Assembly (NCBI GenBank): GCA_038227875.1 | Contig: JBBRPR010000018.1 | Coordinates: 1-64,000, forward strand | Reading direction: 5' to 3' | Source of the DNA: Planctomycetota bacterium | GTDB lineage: Bacteria; Planctomycetota; SZUA-567; H5-PLA8 | DNA length: 64,000 bases | In this document: piece after piece, positions 17,072 to 24,809 of the stretch | Numbering within the stretch: position 1 is the first letter of the stretch | Layout: each line of letters begins with the position of its first letter | Program-made: the position numbers and the translations under genes | The notes under the pieces: generated by a model | Told to the model about the DNA's origin: nothing | Databases searched by the model: none | Seen by the model: the letters and a program-made list of their open reading frames with translations, nothing else

Positions 17072-18115
17072 CTACCCGACCTTCACTTCCTTCCCAATCT
17101 GCGCGCTCTTGTACAACCCGTCGAGCACCTGCTGAATGCGGATGCCGTCTTCGCCGTCGGCGATGGGGCGCGTGTTGTCGAGGATCGATTGGACCATGCT
17201 GCCGTACGCGTTGCGGATGCTGCTGTCGGCGAACGCGACTTTGCCGTCGACTTTGTGTTTGCCGATGTTCGAGTGGTATTCGCCGACGAAGTTGTAGCCG
17301 CCGCCCTCGTTGCGGTGAATCAGCGTGCCCTTCGTGCCGATCACGGTGGTGCTCATCCGTTCGGGATCCTTCTGATGATTGCCCCACGAAATCTCGAAGA
17401 GCAGCGATGCGCCGTTTTTAAAGCGGATGAAGCCCGCCGCGAGGTCTTCGCAGTCGTAGAGCTTGCCTTGAGCCTTCGCGCGGGGCACTCCGATCTGGTG
17501 GTGCGCGGTGCCGCTCACGGTTTCCGGCTGCGGATTGCCCATCAGCCACATCGCCATGTCGATACGATGAACGCCGAGATCGATCAGCGGGCCGCCGCCG
17601 GACAATTTCTTCTGCCCGAACCACGATCCGAAACCGGGGAAGCCGTCGCGCCGCGTCCAGCAGGTGAAGCCGTGATAAACCTTGCCGCAGAATCCGTCGT
17701 CGGCCATCTCTTTCAACGCGCGTGCCGGCGGCGTGAAGCGGTAGGAGAGATTGATGCCTAGCTTGCGCTTGGCTTTGTGCGCGACGTCGATCATCTTGCG
17801 CGCCTGCGCGACATTGAGCGCCATCGGCTTTTCGCACAGGACATGCGCGCCGGCTTTCAGCGCGTCAATGCTGACCGGCGCGTGGAGAAAATTCGGAAGC
17901 GCGACGCTGACCAGGTCGGGCTTGGCTTTTTTGAGCATCTCCTTGTAGTCGGTGTAGCAATTCTCGCGGCCCACTTTATCCGCGTACTTTTCCAGGCGCT
18001 TGGCATCGGCATCGGCGATGGCGACCACTTTTGCTTCAGGCGTGGCAAGGTAGCCCTCGAGATGATGCGACCCCATGCCCAGCCCGATCACGGCGCAACG
18101 TACAGGACTGCTCAT
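17072..18115 (-). CDS. Gfo/Idh/MocA family oxidoreductase
   Basis: VIGLGMG, HVLCEKPMA, GGGPLIDLGVH..D; start set to ATG 18115 with GGAG RBS. Confidence 0.92.
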   Translation of the reverse strand: MSSPVRCAVIGLGMGSHHLEGYLATPEAKVVAIADADAKRLEKYADKVGRENCYTDYKEMLKKAKPDLVSVALPNFLHAPVSIDALKAGAHVLCEKPMALNVAQARKMIDVAHKAKRKLGINLSYRFTPPARALKEMADDGFCGKVYHGFTCWTRRDGFPGFGSWFGQKKLSGGGPLIDLGVHRIDMAMWLMGNPQPETVSGTAHHQIGVPRAKAQGKLYDCEDLAAGFIRFKNGASLLFEISWGNHQKDPERMSTTVIGTKGTLIHRNEGGGYNFVGEYHSNIGKHKVDGKVAFADSSIRNAYGSMVQSILDNTRPIADGEDGIRIQQVLDGLYKSAQIGKEVKVG

Positions 18116-18257
18116 TTTGTTGAGTTCTCCGGGAGGTGAATGAAAGATGTGGTAATTGACACGGTAGTGGATGGTCGGGATGGGGTCAAGGTACGCAGGG
18201 ACACAGAGCACCACACTGAAATGTGGGCATGTCAGACGGGTTTTGCATTGAAGCGGT

Positions 18258-18686
18258 TTACACGCCTGTTGACGGCGGATTCTCCACAACCAACTCCGCG
18301 GCCTTCTTTTCCTGCAATTCTTTAGATAGCCGCGAAGCATTGGTCAGCAAGTATGCACCGATCGCCACGCCGATAACGACGCGCCACAATTGAGCGCCCA
18401 TCTGTTCGGCGGTTAGGAATTGAGTCATCAGGCCATAAAGTCCAATCACCAGCAGCACGTTGGCGAAGACTACGGCCTTCACGACTCCAGGCGAGTCTTC
18501 CAGTAGCTTCTGCATTTGCACGCCGACTATAATAAACGCCAGTGCCAAGGCCGCTTGAACGTAGCCTAATGCCGTGAACAACGGCACTCCCGATTTTATC
18601 AAGGGCATAGCACTCACCAGCAGCGACAACACTCCCGCCAGAATAAAATAGGCACGAATCGATCCAACCGTTTCTTTCATCGCCAT
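18258..18686 (-). CDS. Four-TM hypothetical membrane protein
   Basis: Four hydrophobic stretches; GGAGA RBS before ATG 18686; more AT-rich than neighbours. Confidence 0.7.
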   Translation of the reverse strand: MAMKETVGSIRAYFILAGVLSLLVSAMPLIKSGVPLFTALGYVQAALALAFIIVGVQMQKLLEDSPGVVKAVVFANVLLVIGLYGLMTQFLTAEQMGAQLWRVVIGVAIGAYLLTNASRLSKELQEKKAAELVVENPPSTGV

Positions 18687-18764
18687 ATCAGTGTCTCCAG
18701 TAAATAATTCAACTTTCAAATAACCAGCCTACCGCTCACTACTAATACTCAGTCCCTTTACCCA

Positions 18765-19634
18765 CTAATCGTACCGCTCGTAATGAATCCGATCCTTCGT
18801 CACGCCCATCTTCTCCAGCTGCGCCTGGCATTGTTCGATCATCGGCGTCAGTCCACAGATGAAGGCTTTGGAGTTCTTGGGGTCGCGGACGTATTTTTCG
18901 AGGTGCGACTGGACGTAGCCGGTTTCGCCCCACCATTCCGCGGGCTTGCGGGGGCGCGAGAGCGTGAAGACCGGGCGGAAGTTCGGATGCTCGGCGGCGA
19001 GTTTCTTGAATTCGTTGACGTAGAGCAGATCTTCTTCGTAGCGCACGCCGAAGAGCAGCACGATGTCGCGCTTCGCACCGGACTTCAGCAGGTGGTAGAT
19101 CATGCCCCAGAACGGCGCGATGCCGGTGCCCGCGGCGATGATTACCAAATCATGCTCGACGGGTTCTTCGGCCACGAACTTGCCATAGGGCCCGCGCAGT
19201 TCGATCTTGTCGCCTTCGCGCATGTCCCACAGCGTCGGGGTGAACGCGCCTTCCATCACCAGCTTGATGCAGAATTCCATGAAGCGCTTCTCTTCCGGCG
19301 GCGAAGCGATGGAGTAGGAGCGGATGATCTTTTTCTTCGTGCCCGGATTGTTCTTGTCGGGCACGGGGCAGATCAATTGAATGAACTGACCGGCCAGAAA
19401 CGGCATGCTTTCCGAGTAGCCATCCAGCGTCAGCCGGAACAATCGCACGTCCGGAGTCGGTTGGAGAATTTCGGCGAACGTCGCGGTGTAGCTCTGCGGC
19501 CTGCTCGTCGGCTTGAGTCCGGTGCGTTCCGGCCAGGCCTTCAGGGGTTTGCTCGGCAGCGGCGGCGGAATATTGGGGTTCAACGAGCCTAAAGGAACAG
19601 GCGCAGGAACGGGATTGCTTGAGTGGTCAGGCAT
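18765..19634 (-). CDS. Ferredoxin-NADP reductase-like FAD/NAD(P)-binding oxidoreductase
   Basis: AGQF, RSYSIAS, GPYG, AGTGIAP, FICG, terminal ERYD. Confidence 0.9.
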   Translation of the reverse strand: MPDHSSNPVPAPVPLGSLNPNIPPPLPSKPLKAWPERTGLKPTSRPQSYTATFAEILQPTPDVRLFRLTLDGYSESMPFLAGQFIQLICPVPDKNNPGTKKKIIRSYSIASPPEEKRFMEFCIKLVMEGAFTPTLWDMREGDKIELRGPYGKFVAEEPVEHDLVIIAAGTGIAPFWGMIYHLLKSGAKRDIVLLFGVRYEEDLLYVNEFKKLAAEHPNFRPVFTLSRPRKPAEWWGETGYVQSHLEKYVRDPKNSKAFICGLTPMIEQCQAQLEKMGVTKDRIHYERYD

Positions 19635-19747
19635 TTCGGGCCAACATCTCCAAAAAGGGTCGGGAGAATACTAATCTTCAAGCCAGTGATGTAAAGTTCC
19701 GTGTCCGGCTTGTTGAAAAAGGTCTATTCGTGGGTTTATCAACGGAC

Positions 19748-19797
19748 TGCAGGATGTGTTGTGCGTGTGAAACCTTTGTGCCTTTGGGCACAAAGGT
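19748..19797 (+). repeat. REP-like palindrome, copy 1
   Basis: Flank TGCAGGATGTGTTGTGCGTGTGAA + ACCTTTGTGCC-TTTG-GGCACAAAGGT; second copy at 49679. Confidence 0.8.
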
Positions 19798-19812
19798 ATG
19801 CAGATCTACCGG

Positions 19813-20658
19813 TCACGTGCAGACCACTTCCGTCAGCGCTCCGGCTACCCACGACGGTTGCGTATCCGTGTAGTCGACCAGCCGCAGTTCGCGAATAGTG
19901 ATCTGCAACGCGCGCGGACAGCCGAGCAAGTGCGCGAGCACCGGACCGGAATAGCGAAAGTCGGAACGCGCCGCCGCGCAGTGTTCGAGGAACCTCTTGA
20001 AATCGCCGCGCGCCAAATGCGCGAACTCTGCTTCGATGGATTGCGTTGCGAAGGCAAACGCTTCCGGGCTCGTGCGCGCCAAGGTTGAATCGGTGCCGTA
20101 TTCAACGCCGTAATGCACGGGATCGGCTGTCGCCACCAGTCCCGCACCGGACTGTATCAGGGACGTTAATTCCGAGAGTCCGGGCAGATCCGCGGGGTTC
20201 TCGCCTACTAAGAAGGGGTACCGCGCGATCAAGCGGGGTGAGGGAATGCCTTCCATATCTGCGGCGACGGCGACCAACTCCATGAAAGAATCGAGCGAAA
20301 ACTCATCGGTCCAGAGTTGTTGATCGTCCGCAACGCCGGGTCCGTGCACGCGCCGGAATTGCCGCAGGCAATCGGCGTCGCCGGACTTCGCCCGTTGGAC
20401 GCGTTCGCGATCCTGCGCGCGAGCGCCATGCAGCACACCAAGCATCACAATCGTGTCGCGGCGCGAACGGACGGCGGCCAGCGCGGCAGCGGCGATCAAT
20501 TCCCCAGAGTCGACGAGCCTGGTGTGTGGAAAAATGAGCGCGCCGTGCGTGGGCCAATTGGCCCGCGGAGCGCGCCGCAGCAGGCGCTCCAGGCCGGCCC
20601 GGCCAAGCGACTGGCGTTCAGCGATGTAATAATCCTTCCAATCGCGCGCGGTCTTCAT
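19813..20658 (-). CDS. Hypothetical protein, divergent Memo1/AmmeMemoRadiSam-B-like
   Basis: IFPH....SG..AA, MLGVLH, EFSLDS, VATADPVHYG..YG follow the Memo motif order. Confidence 0.55.
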   Translation of the reverse strand: MKTARDWKDYYIAERQSLGRAGLERLLRRAPRANWPTHGALIFPHTRLVDSGELIAAAALAAVRSRRDTIVMLGVLHGARAQDRERVQRAKSGDADCLRQFRRVHGPGVADDQQLWTDEFSLDSFMELVAVAADMEGIPSPRLIARYPFLVGENPADLPGLSELTSLIQSGAGLVATADPVHYGVEYGTDSTLARTSPEAFAFATQSIEAEFAHLARGDFKRFLEHCAAARSDFRYSGPVLAHLLGCPRALQITIRELRLVDYTDTQPSWVAGALTEVVCT

Positions 20659-20720
20659 GGGATCACATCCTTATAAGTGATTTACGATGCACGATTTATC
20701 CTACACGGAGATTCTGCCTC

Positions 20721-20749
20721 TTGCACCCGACTGAGAAACATACCATACT
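20721..20749 (+). promoter_or_regulatory. Putative sigma70 promoter for the phosphatase gene
   Basis: TTGCAC-17 nt-CATACT. Confidence 0.45.
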
Positions 20750-20801
20750 TCATGATAGTATAAAGTTTGGTGTCCATGTCCCGGAGCAAAGCGCGTCTAT
20801 C

Positions 20802-22703
20802 GTGGCCTTACCGCGTCGAACAACGAAATCCTCCAAAACAGGAGCGCCGACGCCGGCGAAGCCCCCGGCGACGAAGCAGACGCCCGCGCGCCCCGCGGCT
20901 TCAACACCGCCGCGTCCGCCCAAACCGCCGCCGCCCAAAACTCCGCCACCGCCGCCCGCGCCCGATCCGGAACCCGATCCCGAACAGCAACCGCTGCGAC
21001 CGCCCAAGAAGTCTTCGAAAGGCACGCGTCGCGGCAGCGGACTGTTGCAAAAGGCGCAGACCGAATCCGGCGACGACCAGCAGAAACATGGGCCGCGCGC
21101 CGCCGACCACATCGGCTCGCTGCGCCGGCGCGGCATGTCGCTGGCGATGAAGTTCTCGATCTTTACCGTGCTGGCGATGTGCCTGGTGACGTTTTTGTTC
21201 GGCTTGTTTTCGATCCGCGATTTGCGCAGCCATATGATCGACGAGATTTCGCGCTCCGGGTACCAGGACGTGCTGATCCTGCAGGCCTTCGGCCGGCGCG
21301 TGATCAATGATGTGCGCGGCGACGGCGCGAAGTTCAATCTGGATAACCTGGAGACGTTCAACAAAAGCAAGAATAAGGAAGACGACCTGAAGCATCTGAA
21401 GGAGATCAAGGACGCCGATTCGCGCATCGTCGACCTCGCCATTTTCGCCTCGAATGAAGCGACTGAGAATCCGACCACGGTGCTGGTCAGCGCAACGAAG
21501 ATCGACAATTTCAGTCCCGGCACGCCGGCCAACGACATCAACCTGCCGGAGAGCAATTCCAAGGTGCTGGTCTTCCACCGCGACTACGGCGGCAAGCCGT
21601 GCCTTTACTTCCGTCTGCCGCTGGTGGAATCGACGGGCGGAAAGATGTACGCCTCCGCCGACATCATCCTCTCCGCCGAAGCCATCGACAACGAAGTGGG
21701 AAAACTCACGCGCAACCTGCTGCTGGTCGGCATCGTCTTTGTGCTGGCGGGCGTCGGCTTCTCGCTGGCGCTGGGTATGCGCATCGCCCAGCCGATCACC
21801 GGGCTGGTTGAAGACATCAAGATCGTCTCCGAAGGCGACCTGGAACACGAGAGCGAAGTTCCCAACGAAACGCACGACGAAATCGGCCTGCTGGCGATGG
21901 CCTTCAATCGCATGACACGCAGTCTCCGCGACGCCCGCGAACTGGAACGCGAAAGCGAGCGGCTGACCAGCGAATTGAACACGGCTCAGGCGATCCACGC
22001 GCAGTTGCTGCCCAAGAAGCGACCGGAACTGCCCGGGTTCGACATCGATACGCTCTACAACTGCGCCAAGGAAGTCGGCGGCGACTACTACGATTTCATC
22101 CCCGTCGGCGATGCCGAACATCTCGCGTTTGTGGTCGCCGACGTGTCCGGCAAGGGCATCCCCGGCAGCATGGTGATGGGTCAGACGCGCACGGTCATCC
22201 GCATGATGGCGGTGAACAATCTCTCCGCGTCGGACGTGCTCTCGCGCACCAATTACCACGTCGCCCGCGACATCAAGCGCGGCATGTTCGTGACCTGCAT
22301 GTACGCGATCATGAATCTTCGCACGCGCGAAATGACCATCGCCTCCGCCGGCCACAACCCGATGATCATCTGGCGCGCGGCGAGCAACACGATCGAACAC
22401 CTGCGGCCCAACGGCATCGCGCTGGGATTCGACAAGGGCCCGGTTTTCAACCGCACCGTCCGCGAACAGAAAGTGCGCGTGCTCAAGGGCGACCGCGTGG
22501 TGCTCTACACCGACGGCGTGGTTGAATCGATGAACTCCGAACGCGAAGAATGGGGCGACGAAGCACTCGACGCCTTCACCATGAAGTACGCCACGGTGCC
22601 TTCCAACGAATTCGTTCGCCTGCTCTCCAAAGCGCTTGACGATCACAAGGGCAAGGCCGAACAGCACGACGACATCACCGTCTTGACATTCCGCATTGTT
22701 TAG
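20802..22703 (+). CDS. SpoIIE/RsbU-type PP2C phosphatase with 2 TM, HAMP and Pro-rich N-terminus
   Basis: DEIGLLA.AFNRM (HAMP), EVGGDYYD, ADVSGKG, SAGHNP, YTDGV, DDIT; start uncertain (GTG 20802 chosen). Confidence 0.92.
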   Translation: MALPRRTTKSSKTGAPTPAKPPATKQTPARPAASTPPRPPKPPPPKTPPPPPAPDPEPDPEQQPLRPPKKSSKGTRRGSGLLQKAQTESGDDQQKHGPRAADHIGSLRRRGMSLAMKFSIFTVLAMCLVTFLFGLFSIRDLRSHMIDEISRSGYQDVLILQAFGRRVINDVRGDGAKFNLDNLETFNKSKNKEDDLKHLKEIKDADSRIVDLAIFASNEATENPTTVLVSATKIDNFSPGTPANDINLPESNSKVLVFHRDYGGKPCLYFRLPLVESTGGKMYASADIILSAEAIDNEVGKLTRNLLLVGIVFVLAGVGFSLALGMRIAQPITGLVEDIKIVSEGDLEHESEVPNETHDEIGLLAMAFNRMTRSLRDARELERESERLTSELNTAQAIHAQLLPKKRPELPGFDIDTLYNCAKEVGGDYYDFIPVGDAEHLAFVVADVSGKGIPGSMVMGQTRTVIRMMAVNNLSASDVLSRTNYHVARDIKRGMFVTCMYAIMNLRTREMTIASAGHNPMIIWRAASNTIEHLRPNGIALGFDKGPVFNRTVREQKVRVLKGDRVVLYTDGVVESMNSEREEWGDEALDAFTMKYATVPSNEFVRLLSKALDDHKGKAEQHDDITVLTFRIV

Positions 22704-22749
22704 TGGTTTATTGTCCCCGAGGGCACGACGCCCGCGCCAAAGATAACTG

Positions 22750-22884
22750 ATGGCATCGGGGATCAGGCATCGGGCATCTGCTTTTCGGAAGGCGTGTCCG
22801 TAAAGCTCAATCGAAGCGAAAGCACGTCGTCGTACGGCGTGCTAGCGAACTGACCGATGCCAGATGCCCGATCCCCGATCCCAT
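22750..22884. repeat. Heptamer-arm inverted repeat (GGCATCG/CGATGCC), 135 bp
   Basis: ATGGCATCGGGGATCAGGCATCGGGCATCTG ... CCGATGCCAGATGCCCGATCCCCGATCCCAT. Confidence 0.88.
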
Positions 22885-22950
22885 TTGTTGTTTGGAAAGC
22901 GCCAAAACTGACACAGAGCCTGCGCGCCTGCGGGGCGCGTGCATTTGTAA

Positions 22951-22979
22951 TTGAACCCGGTGCTCCCGACCGCTATAAG
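22951..22979 (+). promoter_or_regulatory. Putative sigma70 promoter
   Basis: TTGAAC-17 nt-TATAAG, 40 nt upstream of ATG 23020. Confidence 0.55.
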
Positions 22980-23019
22980 CGTTAAGTGCAGGACCGAACA
23001 GGTTGCGGCGTGAGGAAAC

Positions 23020-23715
23020 ATGAAAGAAATCATCGATCGTCTGAAATCACTCAACAAAATCGACATCCAGCTTCAGATGATAAAGAAAGACATGGATCGT
23101 CTCCCCCGCGAACTGTTGGACAAGCAGGTCCTCCCCAAAACACTCAAAGGCACCATCGACCGCGCCAAAACCGAAATCAGCCGCCTGAAACTCGACGCCG
23201 AATCGATCGAACTGGAAATCAAGGCCGGGGAAGAAGCGCTGAAACGTTATTCCGGCCAGATGAACGTGCTGAGAACGAGCAAGGAATTCGAAACAGTCAA
23301 ACGCCAGATGGACGCGCAGCGCATCTGGAACAAAGAGAACGAAGGCAAGGCGCTGGAACTGCTTGAGCAGGTTGACGCCAAGCAAAAGGACGTCGAAAAC
23401 AACCAGGCGGCGCTGGTGGAAGCTGAAAAAGTGCTGGCCACCGAGACCGCCAAAGTCGACTCAATGGTCGCGGAGCTCAAGGCCCAGTTTGACAAGCTCG
23501 CCACCGAACGCACCGAACTGGCCAAGGATCTGCCCGACAAAGAATTGATCATCTACGACCGCATCGCCGCTGGACGCGGCCAGGCGATCGCCACCGTGGA
23601 CCGCGGAATCTGCTCCGCGTGCTTCATGAAAATTCCAGCCCAGGTCCACAATATGGCGCTATTGGCCAAGGAACTGGTCACCTGTCCGAGCTGTGGACGC
23701 ATTTTGACGGCGTAA
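23020..23715 (+). CDS. Coiled-coil C4 zinc-ribbon protein (CT398/HP0958-like)
   Basis: Long coiled coil, CSAC...CPSCGRIL at C-terminus. Confidence 0.9.
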   Translation: MKEIIDRLKSLNKIDIQLQMIKKDMDRLPRELLDKQVLPKTLKGTIDRAKTEISRLKLDAESIELEIKAGEEALKRYSGQMNVLRTSKEFETVKRQMDAQRIWNKENEGKALELLEQVDAKQKDVENNQAALVEAEKVLATETAKVDSMVAELKAQFDKLATERTELAKDLPDKELIIYDRIAAGRGQAIATVDRGICSACFMKIPAQVHNMALLAKELVTCPSCGRILTA

Positions 23716-23746
23716 GAACAGCCCAAAAGCGCACGAAGGCCTACCC

Positions 23747-24364
23747 ATGAGCACCGAGCAGCAGGGCCCGCTCCATTTGCAACGCAATTTGGCGGTCTGC
23801 ACGGAATCGCTGGAGAAGATGGTCCGCGCGACGGTGGCCCATGGGCTCACCTCTGTTTACAGCCTGTACTGCCGCTGCGGCGCCAGCGGCAAGTTCCCGC
23901 TCTCGCGCAAGAGTTTCGAAGTCCCCGGTTCGGCCAATTCCATCGCCGCACGCACCGCGGAAGCCCGTAAGCACAATATTCAGACCGCGTCCGATGTCTC
24001 CGGTCCGCCACGCGGCCAACCTGCGAAGCCAGACTCCGAAGACGACCGTCGCGGCACGTGCCGCTTCTTTGCAATCAAGCTCAACGACGAAGAAGCGATC
24101 ATTCACGCGTACTGCCGGCGCTGCGAAAATCGCGTCTTAATTTACGACCGCGTGCTCTACTGGGGCACCAAACGCGCGAGCACCGTTTCGCCCGAAACGT
24201 TCCCCTACCGCTGCACCTGCGGCAGCCACGCCTTCGAAGTCGCCATCGGATTCGACTACTGCGACGATGCGCTGGACGAAAACGACATCAACATCATCAC
24301 CGTCGCCGTCCGCTGCGTCACCTGCGCGACGGATGCGATCATCTTCGACGACGAAGCAACGTAA
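23747..24364 (+). CDS. Cys-rich hypothetical protein (two predicted Zn ribbons)
   Basis: CRCG...CRRC and CTCG...CVTC pairs; host-like codon usage. Confidence 0.7.
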   Translation: MSTEQQGPLHLQRNLAVCTESLEKMVRATVAHGLTSVYSLYCRCGASGKFPLSRKSFEVPGSANSIAARTAEARKHNIQTASDVSGPPRGQPAKPDSEDDRRGTCRFFAIKLNDEEAIIHAYCRRCENRVLIYDRVLYWGTKRASTVSPETFPYRCTCGSHAFEVAIGFDYCDDALDENDINIITVAVRCVTCATDAIIFDDEAT

Positions 24365-24365
24365 G

Positions 24366-24407
24366 GAATGTCAAAATACGGAATGTCGAATGTCGAAATG
24401 ACAAAAA
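24366..24407. repeat. Left heptamer arm (GAATGTC units) of cassette-like element
   Basis: GAATGTC AAAATACG GAATGTC GAATGTC GAAATGACAAAAA; reverse complement mirrors 24723-24806. Confidence 0.75.
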
Positions 24408-24458
24408 TCCTCAGACATCTTGGAAGGCTGTCCTCCTTTTAATAGGAGCCACCTGATC

Positions 24459-24641
24459 ATGTTAATTTGGGCGTTCCTTATTTTTTTCATCGGCTTTACT
24501 TGCGCCATTCTGCTGGGCCGAGCCTTCCGCAAGGGCCGCGAAAGAGTGTCGGACGAGGTCATCGATAAAAGGCAGGAATTGGAGCAAATTCTCGCCCGGC
24601 ACGCTGCAGCAAAAGCGAATAAAGACAACGAAGAAAAGTAG
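24459..24641 (+). CDS. Small single-TM hypothetical protein (60 aa)
   Basis: AGGAG RBS, N-terminal hydrophobic helix MLIWAFLIFFIGFTCAILLG, charged tail. Confidence 0.65.
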   Translation: MLIWAFLIFFIGFTCAILLGRAFRKGRERVSDEVIDKRQELEQILARHAAAKANKDNEEK

Positions 24642-24696
24642 TAAGACCACACCCCATTCGATAATAACATCAACGCCGCCATCGAAATTAAAAGAA

Positions 24697-24727
24697 AAAC
24701 GGCGCCTTTCGGCGCCGTTTCCTTTTT
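24697..24727. terminator. Bidirectional intrinsic terminator
   Basis: AAACGGCGCC-TTTC-GGCGCCGTTT with A-run before and T-run after, between convergent genes. Confidence 0.8.
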
Positions 24728-24809
24728 CGTCATTCGTCATTCGTCATTCGTCATTCGTCATTCGTCATTCGTCATTCGACATTCGACATTCGACATTCGA
24801 CATTCGTCA
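24727..24809. repeat. Heptamer tandem array (TCGTCAT)7(TCGACAT)4
   Basis: Counted directly; last partial unit overlaps the matrixin stop codon. Confidence 0.97.

Noticed and set aside
20901..22667. 588-aa minus-strand ORF
   Set aside because: Antisense shadow of the PP2C phosphatase
24727..24809. CRISPR array (also considered for the other repeat clusters)
   Set aside because: Contiguous 7-mers without unique spacers; no 23-50 bp repeat-spacer periodicity and no cas genes in the window
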